Below are positions 38,766 to 48,317 of a DNA stretch of 64,000 nucleotides, in pieces. The stretch is from IMG/VR virus record IMGVR_UViG_3300017752_000006. One strand, 5' to 3'. Both the position numbers and the translations under genes were made by a program. Each line of letters starts with the position of its first letter. Within the stretch, counting starts at the first letter, position 1. This DNA is from a virus. A model generated the notes under the pieces. The model was not told the DNA's origin and ran no database searches. It was given only the letters and a program-made list of their open reading frames with translations.

Positions 38766-39418
38766 TACTTATATACCTTCTCTGATCTAAATAATTTGGT
38801 GTATGCACCTCGTATGTAATGAAACAATTGGCTATACATCCTTTCAGATTTAAGAGTCATTTCCCAATTATCTCTTTTGAACGGTACTATTTGTACTAGT
38901 TTCTCGCCTGGAAGTATTCTCAAATCTTTTTCTTTAGTATATGCCATTGTTGTAACAACCCAGTCATGCTTATCTGTATCAATAATACCTGGCATAATTG
39001 TAAATTTAGAATTAAAATCATAGAATGGTTGCATAACTAGACAGCTGTAACCAGGCGGTGTTACTACTTTATATTCTGTCTCTATTTTAAAGTAAGCATA
39101 TGGACCACCGTCAATAGGCATACATTCCTTAGCGTATACACTAGGATTAATTTTTCTTAGATTTGGTCTTTTGTTTTGTGTAGTTAACTCTAAACCTTTT
39201 TTAAATTGCACAACTTTTTCTTTTACAAATGTTTCCCAAGGATTATGAATAATATATCCACTACTCATCCAATCCATTACAGGCGCACAATTAGTGACAT
39301 TAAATTCGTTATTGTTGTCTATACTATCTAACCACTTAGGAAGATCTTCCGATATGGGCATCGGTGGAAAATCTTTCATAATTTGTGGATCGTCAGTATA
39401 AAATTCTATTTTTTTCAT
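38765..39418 (-). CDS. Unknown-function protein, paralog family (start reassigned to MKKIEF at 39418)
   Basis: CAPVMDWMSSGYII, TPPGYSC, IIDTD, PGEKL...PFKRDNW; TAATG overlap with upstream stop. Confidence 0.65.
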   Translation of the reverse strand: MKKIEFYTDDPQIMKDFPPMPISEDLPKWLDSIDNNNEFNVTNCAPVMDWMSSGYIIHNPWETFVKEKVVQFKKGLELTTQNKRPNLRKINPSVYAKECMPIDGGPYAYFKIETEYKVVTPPGYSCLVMQPFYDFNSKFTIMPGIIDTDKHDWVVTTMAYTKEKDLRILPGEKLVQIVPFKRDNWEMTLKSERMYSQLFHYIRGAYTKLFRSEKVYK

Positions 39419-40089
39419 TATATTTTTGCCCTTATATTTCCAGAAACTGTTATGCGGTATTCGTCTTGATAATGCGGATATACTTGATGTTGCAATTCCG
39501 CAGGAAATACACATATACTTCCTTCAAATGATTTGTCGTTCGCAAGTCTAAGTGTTTTTATAGATCCTAACATATCAGAATAAACAAATTCGAATTGCCC
39601 TTGATATCCTTTTCCTAAATTCCATTTTTCAACATCATAATTGCTATCTTTTGTTTCAGGCAAATTAACCCAAACGACAAAACTAAACATTCCGGAATGT
39701 CTATGTAAAGGTATAAATTCTCCGGGTCTTTGGTAATTTATCCAAAATCTTTCAACTTCAAACTCTCTATTATCTTCTGCTACATATCTGTTTAAATTAT
39801 CTAAATATTCGGGATATATAGAACACAGTTTATGACATATTTTTAAAACTTCTTGTTCTAACCCGTTTTTACTAGACGAAGGTTCTTGAAAAAATAATTC
39901 TTTAGGAGTATCTAATTGAAACATCTGTAAGATGTTTCCTGTTCTTTTTTCTAAACTTTTTTCTATATTATCTATACCTTTTAAACAGTCTTTCTTTAGC
40001 ATATTATACACAAAAGGATTTAGTTTGTCAAGAGAAACTCCTATATTAGGCAATTCATTACTACCAGTTGACACATCTTTGTTGATCAT
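39418..40089 (-). CDS. 2OG-Fe(II) oxygenase (start reassigned to MINKD at 40089)
   Basis: WINYQRPGEFIPLHRH, FPAELQHQVYP, RITVSGN; GGAG SD and TAATG overlap at 40089. Confidence 0.8.
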   Translation of the reverse strand: MINKDVSTGSNELPNIGVSLDKLNPFVYNMLKKDCLKGIDNIEKSLEKRTGNILQMFQLDTPKELFFQEPSSSKNGLEQEVLKICHKLCSIYPEYLDNLNRYVAEDNREFEVERFWINYQRPGEFIPLHRHSGMFSFVVWVNLPETKDSNYDVEKWNLGKGYQGQFEFVYSDMLGSIKTLRLANDKSFEGSICVFPAELQHQVYPHYQDEYRITVSGNIRAKI

Positions 40090-40769
40090 TAAAGGTCTCC
40101 TTGAAGTTCCATCATTTCGGTAGCACTTCTTACAATACTTGCCTGTGTAATCCTCCAATTATCGTAGTATGTATCGTTATTTTCAATATATGCACCATGT
40201 AATTGGTTGCCACTGAATATAACACAACGGTTTGGCTTTGCTGGAATTATTTCTTTAATTTTATATTGAGATATATCCACTATAAGATTAGCACCTTCTT
40301 TGTTTTGAATTTCTTCATTTTCGTATAAAGCTGTTCCACCATCAGACATTTCATCAATATAGATTAACAAATTTACCATATTTCTATCATAATGGGGATG
40401 GTGTTGCATAGTTCCGGGTAAGTTCTGTTTTTTGTGCTTGAAAACGTTAAATGCTATACTTTTTTCCATAGCCACATCGTCCCATCCTACTAATCGTCCT
40501 ATAAGTTTATTGAGCGGTTCAAGTCTTGCATCTATCATTTCTTTAGACGGTTCCCAATTAGCAAAAGCAGGCCTACAATCATAATAATCTTTATAGTTTC
40601 TACTCCATTTACTCATTTTCCAAGACTCAACAGGCATATTTTCAAAAAGCGACTGTATTTGATCAATGTTTGTATAAAAGTCATCTATACATACCCAGTC
40701 TTTGTAATACGTTATTTTACTATCAGGATTAATAGCAAATAGTTCTTCAACAATAATAGGAATAGGCAT
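40089..40769 (-). CDS. 2OG-Fe(II) oxygenase-like (DUF6445-like)
   Basis: IDDFY, HPHYD, GGTALY, KPNRCVIFSGNQLHG. Confidence 0.7.
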   Translation of the reverse strand: MPIPIIVEELFAINPDSKITYYKDWVCIDDFYTNIDQIQSLFENMPVESWKMSKWSRNYKDYYDCRPAFANWEPSKEMIDARLEPLNKLIGRLVGWDDVAMEKSIAFNVFKHKKQNLPGTMQHHPHYDRNMVNLLIYIDEMSDGGTALYENEEIQNKEGANLIVDISQYKIKEIIPAKPNRCVIFSGNQLHGAYIENNDTYYDNWRITQASIVRSATEMMELQGDL

Positions 40770-40783
40770 TGTTTTTCCTTTTT

Positions 40784-41422
40784 TTAAAATCCATCTTCAT
40801 CTTGATCTGTTAATTTCATCATAACATTTACTGCATTAACAATTCTAAGATTATTTGAAGTGTGCTTGGGTGCAGTATGATCTAACCAACTAGGAAATAA
40901 TACTATGTCACCTTCTTCTACTTTTACTTGATATCTATCATTAAACATACTATCAGGCAAATAATTAATGTTTTTTGTAGGCATACCAGCACGGATCATC
41001 TTGTAGTTTGGATTAAAGAAAATAGTTCCGTCATCCTTGTCATCAATATGTACAAAATGGGTAAACGCATAATTAATATTTGTTGCGCCGCCCATATGAT
41101 CATGCATCCATTCTTCGCTATTATTAGTGGTAAAATTATACCACCCTTTCAATTTTATATCCCATGGTTGTTTCATGTTATAGCCTATTTCTGATAGGAT
41201 AGATTTTACATCGTCGGTGTATCTATTGTAGATATACGGCCAATGTATCATTGCACCTGACCCTGGTAGATAATCTGTATAAATCTGTTGTAGTCCGCCA
41301 TTAGGTCCAAGTTCTTCAAATTTAGGATACACATGCTTCATTAGATAATCTTTTATCTCTGTATGCTTAGTAGCCTTAGTTTTATAAATGTAAAACGGAA
41401 ACGGGTTAATTTTTTCAATCAT
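40784..41422 (-). CDS. 2OG-Fe(II) oxygenase
   Basis: WYN...MHDH, EGDIVLFPSWLDH, LRIVNAVN. Confidence 0.8.
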   Translation of the reverse strand: MIEKINPFPFYIYKTKATKHTEIKDYLMKHVYPKFEELGPNGGLQQIYTDYLPGSGAMIHWPYIYNRYTDDVKSILSEIGYNMKQPWDIKLKGWYNFTTNNSEEWMHDHMGGATNINYAFTHFVHIDDKDDGTIFFNPNYKMIRAGMPTKNINYLPDSMFNDRYQVKVEEGDIVLFPSWLDHTAPKHTSNNLRIVNAVNVMMKLTDQDEDGF

Positions 41423-42081
41423 GATGTTACAACATTCTTAAATAAAAATTCGTTTGGATTTCCTATTGTAAGATTCATAGCTATTGTAGCTCTAATTACT
41501 TTGCTACGCTGATATGGAACACTATGCCTTAAGTAGGATGGAAAAAATATTATATCTCCTTCGGCAACAGTAGGAGAATAATAACCTTTTCGCCAATCTG
41601 TCGGCATGTCTTCTCCATTGCAAGGATGCATATTTCTTAGATAAGTATGGTGAATTGGATTGTAGAAAATAGTGGGTTCGTGTTCGTTAGGGTCATAAAT
41701 TAAATAATGTATAGCACTGTAAACAACTCCGGGAAATCCTCCCATATGGTCGTGTTCTTCTTGGCTACTTCCTTCTATACCTACATTGTACCACAAATCA
41801 ACATCAGTTACCCATTTCTTATTTTGATTGAATCCTGCTTTTTTTTGAAAATTTACAATAGTAGAATTATAATAGTCTATCCATTCTGGACCTAATTTTT
41901 CTAAACCTTCAAAATAATCACTGTATAAGTTCAAACCTATATTGTTAGGCCCTGGCAACTCTTCTAATTTAGGCATAACATCTTTTAAAAATTTTTCTTT
42001 TATTTCTTTGTGATTTGGTAAAGTTACTTTGTATATAGGAACTTCAAATGCATTAGATTTTATTATCATTGTTGGCTCCAA
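41419..42081 (-). CDS. 2OG-Fe(II) oxygenase
   Basis: WYN...QEEHDH, EGDIIFFPSYLRHSV, RATIAMN. Confidence 0.82.
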   Translation of the reverse strand: MEPTMIIKSNAFEVPIYKVTLPNHKEIKEKFLKDVMPKLEELPGPNNIGLNLYSDYFEGLEKLGPEWIDYYNSTIVNFQKKAGFNQNKKWVTDVDLWYNVGIEGSSQEEHDHMGGFPGVVYSAIHYLIYDPNEHEPTIFYNPIHHTYLRNMHPCNGEDMPTDWRKGYYSPTVAEGDIIFFPSYLRHSVPYQRSKVIRATIAMNLTIGNPNEFLFKNVVTS

Positions 42082-42743
42082 TTAGAGGTTATTGACAAAA
42101 TTGAGGATAATTCTGTAAATTGTGCATTGTTTATAAAAAAAAGTAATGAGTATCTAGGTAAAGTTTTTACGTTGTAACTGTTGGGTCTATGCCACTGTAG
42201 TGCATCGTACGCAACTAACCTGTTAAATTTATTTCCAACATTTAAAGTTTCGACAAATTGAGATCTATTGTTTTGTAAATCTTTTAAGTATTCGTTAGTA
42301 ACAATTTTTTTAAGATTTAAATCTTTTCGAGACTGGTAATCTTTTACTGAAAAATCTTTAGGTAAAGTTTTATCAAAAATACTTGTACCTGTACTCATAT
42401 TAGGCTCTTCATTGTTGAGATATACTAATCCTGCAAAGTCAATATCGTCGTTGTGTATCCATCCTTTGTTAGCATGTTCCACATCATATAGGTCATTTTT
42501 ATGAAACCTTATATCTATTTCAAATTTACTTAAACCATAAAACACTTTATCAGCTATGTTCTTTGCAAAAAACTTTGCAAATTCAACAGCTGACGAATTG
42601 TTAACTTGTAATAAATTATCTGTTCTTAACCCAGGCCAAGATTCGTTATTAGAGTATTCCAAAGAATTTCCTAGCTCTATTATAGGCTGTATATCATCAA
42701 AAAAATTATCAATAACATGTGTAGAATTTTTGTATCTATCCAT
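42066..42743 (-). CDS. 2OG-Fe(II) oxygenase-like (DUF6445-like; start reassigned to MDRYK at 42743)
   Basis: VIDNFF, WPGLRT, WIHNDD, GTSIF, FNRLVAYDALQWH. Confidence 0.72.
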   Translation of the reverse strand: MDRYKNSTHVIDNFFDDIQPIIELGNSLEYSNNESWPGLRTDNLLQVNNSSAVEFAKFFAKNIADKVFYGLSKFEIDIRFHKNDLYDVEHANKGWIHNDDIDFAGLVYLNNEEPNMSTGTSIFDKTLPKDFSVKDYQSRKDLNLKKIVTNEYLKDLQNNRSQFVETLNVGNKFNRLVAYDALQWHRPNSYNVKTLPRYSLLFFINNAQFTELSSILSITSNWSQQ

Positions 42744-42748
42744 ACTAT

Positions 42749-42797
42749 TACTTATTAGCCAAAGTTGCTTGCATCCACAATCATGACTGTATAAGTA
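42749..42797. promoter_or_regulatory. Divergent late-type promoters (TAAGTA variant) driving both arms of the oxygenase island
   Basis: tactta 42749-42754 (minus strand) and TATAAGTA 42790-42797 (plus strand), each 5 nt from an ATG. Confidence 0.6.
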
Positions 42798-42802
42798 CAC
42801 AT

Positions 42803-43510
42803 ATGAAACACGAACTAGCTCATCCAATGGAACGAATATCTTTATGGCCAACCTATATGTTTAGATATAGGTATAGAGATTGGCCTTATGACAAGAAAGC
42901 ATTAGTAGATTGCATACGAGAAGAAGAAAAGTTACAATCTAAAGACATTGATAGTAATGTTGCATTAGGAGTCAAATCAGCGGGACTAAAAGAAAGTAAA
43001 TTTGATTTCTTACAAAAAGGAGACAAATATCCTATTTTAAAAAAGTATAGCGAATTTTTTAGTGAAGCATTAGCAAACGTTGTATTACATGCGTTACCTA
43101 GTATAGACCAAAGATTATCATTGCCTCCACATGTAAAGGGAGTTAAACCGGTAGTATTTGAATCTTGGTATCATGTTACTAATTCTAGTGGCGCACACGG
43201 CGTTCATTGTCATCCAGGATCTAGTTGGGCAGGAATTTTTTATGTACAAACATCAGAATGTAAAGAGCTTAATGGAGTAAACCGATGGCTTAATATAGAT
43301 TCTAACCGTGGGCCAGGCGACTTAGGAAGCTATTGGTGGAACACTGAAGCTGTGTACTCATTTTATCCAGAAGAAGGAACTTTAATACTTTTTCCATCTT
43401 GGCTTTGGCATGAAGCTACTGCTTATGTAGGGAAAGAGGATAGGATATGTATAGCATTTAACAGCGTGATTGTAGACACCGAAGATAAAGTTTTAATCGG
43501 AGACGCTTGA
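42803..43510 (+). CDS. 2OG-Fe(II) oxygenase (TIGR02466-like)
   Basis: ESWYHV...HGVHCHPGSSWAGIFYV, EGTLILFPSWLWHE, RICIAFN. Confidence 0.88.
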   Translation: MKHELAHPMERISLWPTYMFRYRYRDWPYDKKALVDCIREEEKLQSKDIDSNVALGVKSAGLKESKFDFLQKGDKYPILKKYSEFFSEALANVVLHALPSIDQRLSLPPHVKGVKPVVFESWYHVTNSSGAHGVHCHPGSSWAGIFYVQTSECKELNGVNRWLNIDSNRGPGDLGSYWWNTEAVYSFYPEEGTLILFPSWLWHEATAYVGKEDRICIAFNSVIVDTEDKVLIGDA

Positions 43511-43986
43511 TGATTAACGTCTATGATGATTTTTTAGGCGCTTCGGCAAGACAGGGTATATTTAAACAATGTCACAAGTTATACTACATGATGGGCGAGT
43601 TAGATCGAGAAGATTGCCCACCAACTGGAATGATAAGTGAATTAAAAACTACTGATATGATTTTACCAGAAATTATATCTGAAAAATTAAATCGACCAGT
43701 TTCTTCATTAATAAGATTTTATGTAAATTATTATGCATCTGGTGAAATACCGTATTTTCACGATGACGGCGATTGTGTAACTTGTTTGTATTACCCTAAC
43801 ATTATAGACGATATTGATGAAGGCGGAGAAACACAATTTTTAATCGATAATAAGATAACAGCAGTACCACATGCTTCGGATAGGCTGATAGAATTTGACG
43901 GACGTATACCTCACAAAGCAACCAGTTTTAGGTCTACTTATAGATTCACAATAGCTGCAAAGTATACAAGGAAATTTGGAGAATAG
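43507..43986 (+). CDS. 2OG-Fe(II) oxygenase (prolyl-hydroxylase-like)
   Basis: YFHDD, GGETQF, RLIEFDGRIPHKA, RFTIA. Confidence 0.82.
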   Translation: MMINVYDDFLGASARQGIFKQCHKLYYMMGELDREDCPPTGMISELKTTDMILPEIISEKLNRPVSSLIRFYVNYYASGEIPYFHDDGDCVTCLYYPNIIDDIDEGGETQFLIDNKITAVPHASDRLIEFDGRIPHKATSFRSTYRFTIAAKYTRKFGE

Positions 43987-43987
43987 T

Positions 43988-44695
43988 ATGAACAAGTTTT
44001 TATGGAAAGTTACCGATACGTGCATAGATTATACTCCAGTTACAATTATAAAAAACGCTATTACTAAAAAACAAGCTAATGAAATAGCAACTCAAGTGAT
44101 AGAATACAGTAAAACAGATCATAGTAAACAATTTCAAGAATTTACAGAAGATAATAATCCTGGCACTTGGAGGGGATTTCCGTTAAATGCACCAGATAAT
44201 GTACCAGGTTTAACAAAAGAAAACAAAGATATAATTCAATCTACAATTATGGAAGCCGGTAAGCATTATCAGGCTAGCTGGCCTGATGCGCCTGAAATAA
44301 GAGTAACAACGTGGCAACGTAGCGTTTTTAGTGAAAGTGATGTGGATGTAAATGTATGGTTTAACATAAATCAAAAAGGTTCTGAAAATATGATACATGC
44401 ACACCATGGATCGTATTACAGTGGTGTTTTTTATTTCCAAGCAGAAGGTACAGGAATTATTAGATTATATCCTGATAATTACCTTACCGGAAATACGCAT
44501 CCTATGTGGCCGTACAAAGGAACAATGACACATGAGCCAGAGGATGGCGACTTATTATTATTTCCCGGCCATCTACAACACGATGTAGCAGCCAACCCAA
44601 GCGAAAAACCTAGAGTAAATTGTGCATTTAATGTAGGACTAGTTCCAAGGCATGATGTTGTAGCGGATAGAAGAGCGACATCTGTTACTCATTAA
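43988..44695 (+). CDS. 2OG-Fe(II) oxygenase (start reassigned to ATG 43988)
   Basis: WFNINQKG..N.IHAHHGSYYSGVFY, DGDLLLFPGHLQHDV, RVNCAFN; GGAG SD. Confidence 0.85.
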   Translation: MNKFLWKVTDTCIDYTPVTIIKNAITKKQANEIATQVIEYSKTDHSKQFQEFTEDNNPGTWRGFPLNAPDNVPGLTKENKDIIQSTIMEAGKHYQASWPDAPEIRVTTWQRSVFSESDVDVNVWFNINQKGSENMIHAHHGSYYSGVFYFQAEGTGIIRLYPDNYLTGNTHPMWPYKGTMTHEPEDGDLLLFPGHLQHDVAANPSEKPRVNCAFNVGLVPRHDVVADRRATSVTH

Positions 44696-44700
44696 TACGA

Positions 44701-44706
44701 TAAATA
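44701..44706 (+). promoter_or_regulatory. Late promoter core
   Basis: GATAAATA before AAGGA SD. Confidence 0.65.
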
Positions 44707-44731
44707 TAATGTGTACTAAGGAATTATATAG

Positions 44732-46255
44732 ATGTCAGATCAAGCACCAGTTGTAGATAGAATACGAATTATACCAAGACCTAACGATTTTCTTGATCGT
44801 CAAGTTGGAAATAGTGGTGAAGTATTCTTTGACAAGCAATCAAAATCTTTAAGACTTTTTAGCGGCGATACACAGGGCGGATTTAAAGTTCTTACACCTG
44901 CTAATATAACTAATGAATTATATCAGTCTGGAATTTCTACTGTAACTTATAATGTTAGGGTAGTAATGGGAGATCATGAGTCTGGTGACCATGGAAATGT
45001 TTATCAAATAGATAGTGTATACAAACCAGAACTAAGTTTAGTAGTAGGATACAGTTATGTATTTGATCAAGATCATCAAACAAACGAATTTTATCCTAAT
45101 GCTGAAGGAACAACAGTTAATCAACATCCTTTAAATTTTAGTTCCGATAATCTTAATGGCGTATTAGGAGGTGGAACTTCATATACTGATAATGTAATTT
45201 ATAGATTAAATGGCAAAGAAGTTACACAAGCAAAATACTGGGAAGACTTTGCTACAAGTACAAATAGAAGTGTACAAATTACTATCACTAGTTCAACACC
45301 AAAAACTTTATACTATTGGTGCCAACAACACCAAAATATGGGTAACACTATAACCGTTGCAAATCCTGGTACAGGTGCCGGAGGAGGCACAACTGTTGAT
45401 GTCAGCGAAACAGTACCCGATTCTCCATCAGCTGGAAATATTTGGTTTAATTCTACTAACGGAAAAATTTATGTATATATAGATGACGGTGATAGTCAAC
45501 AATGGGTACAGCCCGTTATTCCAGGAGTTGCTCAAGCGCAAGACGGCGTAGTAAATGCTTTTTCATCAATTAAATTATCTGATAGTTCTCAAATGGATGC
45601 TGTCGGACAAGATACAATTACATTTGTAGACGGCCCTGGTATTGAAATTACTAATGATAGTACAAACAACACTATCATTATTAGTGCTACAGCTACCGGT
45701 GGCGGCAGTGGAGGTGGTGGTGTTGACCTTACAGCTTTTAGTGTAGGCGCTGAAGGACCAGCATCAGGTGATGGTGGTATTTCTTATAATAATTCATCCG
45801 GAGTGTTTACTTACACTCCTCCAGATCTAAGTTCTTATCTTACTAGTATATCAGGATTGAACAACAGTCTATTAACTAACGACAGTAATTTTTTAACATC
45901 TGCAACTTTAGATGAAGTTACTACATCGGGTGCAACAACAACAAATGCGATTACCACAGGAAATATTACCAGCACTGGAAATATTTCAGGCGTAGATATC
46001 ACGAGTACAGGTGATGTCACCGTAGGCGGTGATCTTGTAACTTCAGGATCAGGCACACCAGAATTACAATCAGATAACGAGATACTACTTACTGCTGCTA
46101 CACGGGTACAAGTGAGTTCATCACCATTTAGAGTAGCAGAACTTACACAAACTGCAATTAACGCATTAATTGCTGCTAATGGCGATATTGTATATAACGC
46201 TGATACTAATAAATTCCAAGGATATGAAAACGGTGCCTGGGTTAATTTAATATAG
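44732..46255 (+). CDS. Fibre-like virion protein with cupredoxin-like motif
   Basis: N-terminal GEVFFD....LRLF.G...GG motif; HPLNF ... YYWCQQHQNMG; C-terminal GDIVYN..TNKFQGY. Confidence 0.7.
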   Translation: MSDQAPVVDRIRIIPRPNDFLDRQVGNSGEVFFDKQSKSLRLFSGDTQGGFKVLTPANITNELYQSGISTVTYNVRVVMGDHESGDHGNVYQIDSVYKPELSLVVGYSYVFDQDHQTNEFYPNAEGTTVNQHPLNFSSDNLNGVLGGGTSYTDNVIYRLNGKEVTQAKYWEDFATSTNRSVQITITSSTPKTLYYWCQQHQNMGNTITVANPGTGAGGGTTVDVSETVPDSPSAGNIWFNSTNGKIYVYIDDGDSQQWVQPVIPGVAQAQDGVVNAFSSIKLSDSSQMDAVGQDTITFVDGPGIEITNDSTNNTIIISATATGGGSGGGGVDLTAFSVGAEGPASGDGGISYNNSSGVFTYTPPDLSSYLTSISGLNNSLLTNDSNFLTSATLDEVTTSGATTTNAITTGNITSTGNISGVDITSTGDVTVGGDLVTSGSGTPELQSDNEILLTAATRVQVSSSPFRVAELTQTAINALIAANGDIVYNADTNKFQGYENGAWVNLI

Positions 46256-46263
46256 GATGAAAC

Positions 46264-48297
46264 ATGTCTGAAAAATATTATCAACTAGGAACACATACTG
46301 CTGCACAATGGATAGAATTACATCAAGAATTAATTGATGATGGTAACCTCTATGAAGCTGTTCCTGTAAGACCGGTGCAAGTAGATGATGCAAAAGCTCA
46401 CAGTCCTACTCGCGGCACATACTTGTTAACAAAAGTAGAAGCAGACGAATTAAAAACGGATCCTAGAGTTAAGTTTATTAATATTGATTATTCTAAATAC
46501 GACGAATACACTCCTCCAAAAGACGAATTGCAAATGACTAGACCAGCATTGGTAAACCGTTATACTGGTAATGTAAGAAGCTACAGGGAATTTGAAACAT
46601 CAAATACTTTACCAAGTACTCCGACTTCTGCTGAAGTGAACAGAACAGGATATCAAATCACAAGACTTCAGCAAGTTTCACAAGTTGATCCTTGGCTTGA
46701 TGATTCATTGTCTGATAATGATGTAGTAACACAAGCAGTAGAAGCAAGAGGAAGCGGGAAAAATGTAGATGTAGTTGTTGCAGATGAGGGTATGTGGATA
46801 GGACATCCAGAATTTCAAAACAATCCTGTATTAGAAAGTGACGGTACAACATCAATAGAATTACCAACAGATTTTGGTGGCAATTTATTACCAGGTAGCG
46901 GCACTTGCACAGTACTAGATTTAGTTTTAGACAGTCCGTATTATATTGATCCGGATTGGTTCAATGCAGATCCTAGTAATAGATTAATAACTAGATGGGA
47001 CGGCACAACTGTACCAGTTGAAAGTGTAGCATTAGCTTGGTGGGCAAATCCATTACAAAGAAGCACAAAATTTTCAACAGAAGGTTCAGTAAGTATTTCT
47101 TCTAGTTATACAAGACTAGATACCACAGGAAGTAATACTACTCAACCAAGCGGAACTGATGGCGAACACGGCACACCTTGTGGTGCATTAACATTTGGTA
47201 GGACGCAGGGATGGGCGTATAATGCAAACAAATGGAATTTGGATTTATATGGTTCATACGGTACAGGCATAGAAGCAGGCTTTGACCTTACAAAGTTATT
47301 TCATCAATTAAAGCCAAAAAATACTGCATATAATACTAAAGATCCCACAGTGATGTCTAATAGTTATGGATATAGGGCAAATAAAGATCCAAGTGGAAGC
47401 ACTTATTACTATACACACCGTGGAGGTAGTGAGGTAGGTTATACTACTGAACCTACATTCATAAGCCATATGGGAACACAAGGCGATGGCGGACGTTGGA
47501 AATCAGAAATGAAAACTAATTCACTAACAACTGCACTTGACGAACTAATTGACTCCGGTGTTATATTTGTGTGTGCAGCTGGTAATAGTAATCAAAAATG
47601 TGTAAGTTCGACTCATCCTGATTACGATAATTATATAACAGATACTAGCGGTCAATCTTTAGCAGATAGTTCATTTACAGAATTTGGTGTAGAAGTTACA
47701 GGAACAACAAACAGGAGAGGTTTCCCCCAGCAGGGTGGACAATTTACAGACACAGATAGTGTTGTAAAATATAAAACTATAAACGTTGGTGCTTTAGACG
47801 ATGATTATGTAAACGGCTTAGAAGGTAAAGTGGGCTACAGCGATAGAGGCAATAGTATAGATTGTTATGCACCAGCAGATGGCACTTTATCTGCTAACAA
47901 AAGTTACACAAACGAAGGCCCTAGAGTAGATACATATGTTAATTTTTCGTATGCACCAGTTGCATATGATTGTGCTTTTAGCGGAACAAGTGCAGCATGT
48001 CCTGTAGCCGCAGGTTTTATTGCTACTGTTATAGAACACAATAGAGATTGGACTTGGAGAGAAGTATTAGCTTGGATTAATTCTTTGGATGCAGTACCTT
48101 CGTCGGATTTTTATGAAGGCAATGAATCAACAAATCCTACAACAAATAATTGGACAGATTATGAAAGTTTAGAAGGAGGTACTCCTAGAGTATTATATCA
48201 GAACAACTATGATTCTAGATTTCTAGTTGGTGCTAGAACACTTACCACTAATCAAATAAGAATACGTAACGGGTTGACTCTCCGGACAAACAAATAA
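46264..48297 (+). CDS. Subtilisin-like serine protease (peptidase S8)
   Basis: VVVADEG (Asp), EHGTPCG (His), CAAGN (oxyanion Asn), FSGTSAACPVAAG (Ser). Confidence 0.88.
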   Translation: MSEKYYQLGTHTAAQWIELHQELIDDGNLYEAVPVRPVQVDDAKAHSPTRGTYLLTKVEADELKTDPRVKFINIDYSKYDEYTPPKDELQMTRPALVNRYTGNVRSYREFETSNTLPSTPTSAEVNRTGYQITRLQQVSQVDPWLDDSLSDNDVVTQAVEARGSGKNVDVVVADEGMWIGHPEFQNNPVLESDGTTSIELPTDFGGNLLPGSGTCTVLDLVLDSPYYIDPDWFNADPSNRLITRWDGTTVPVESVALAWWANPLQRSTKFSTEGSVSISSSYTRLDTTGSNTTQPSGTDGEHGTPCGALTFGRTQGWAYNANKWNLDLYGSYGTGIEAGFDLTKLFHQLKPKNTAYNTKDPTVMSNSYGYRANKDPSGSTYYYTHRGGSEVGYTTEPTFISHMGTQGDGGRWKSEMKTNSLTTALDELIDSGVIFVCAAGNSNQKCVSSTHPDYDNYITDTSGQSLADSSFTEFGVEVTGTTNRRGFPQQGGQFTDTDSVVKYKTINVGALDDDYVNGLEGKVGYSDRGNSIDCYAPADGTLSANKSYTNEGPRVDTYVNFSYAPVAYDCAFSGTSAACPVAAGFIATVIEHNRDWTWREVLAWINSLDAVPSSDFYEGNESTNPTTNNWTDYESLEGGTPRVLYQNNYDSRFLVGARTLTTNQIRIRNGLTLRTNK

Positions 48298-48300
48298 ATA
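48295..48300 (+). promoter_or_regulatory. Late promoter core
   Basis: AATAAATA overlapping the stop codon, GAGG SD downstream. Confidence 0.6.
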
Positions 48301-48317
48301 CAGTAAGAGGTATATAA

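Noticed and set aside
39419-39514. N-terminal extensions in the ORF track (38765..39514, 39418..40158, 42066..42851, 52455..53624, 53560..54423, 43976)
   Set aside because: They overlap neighbouring genes or promoters; downstream ATGs have SD, TAATG coupling or promoter-proximal support and were used instead
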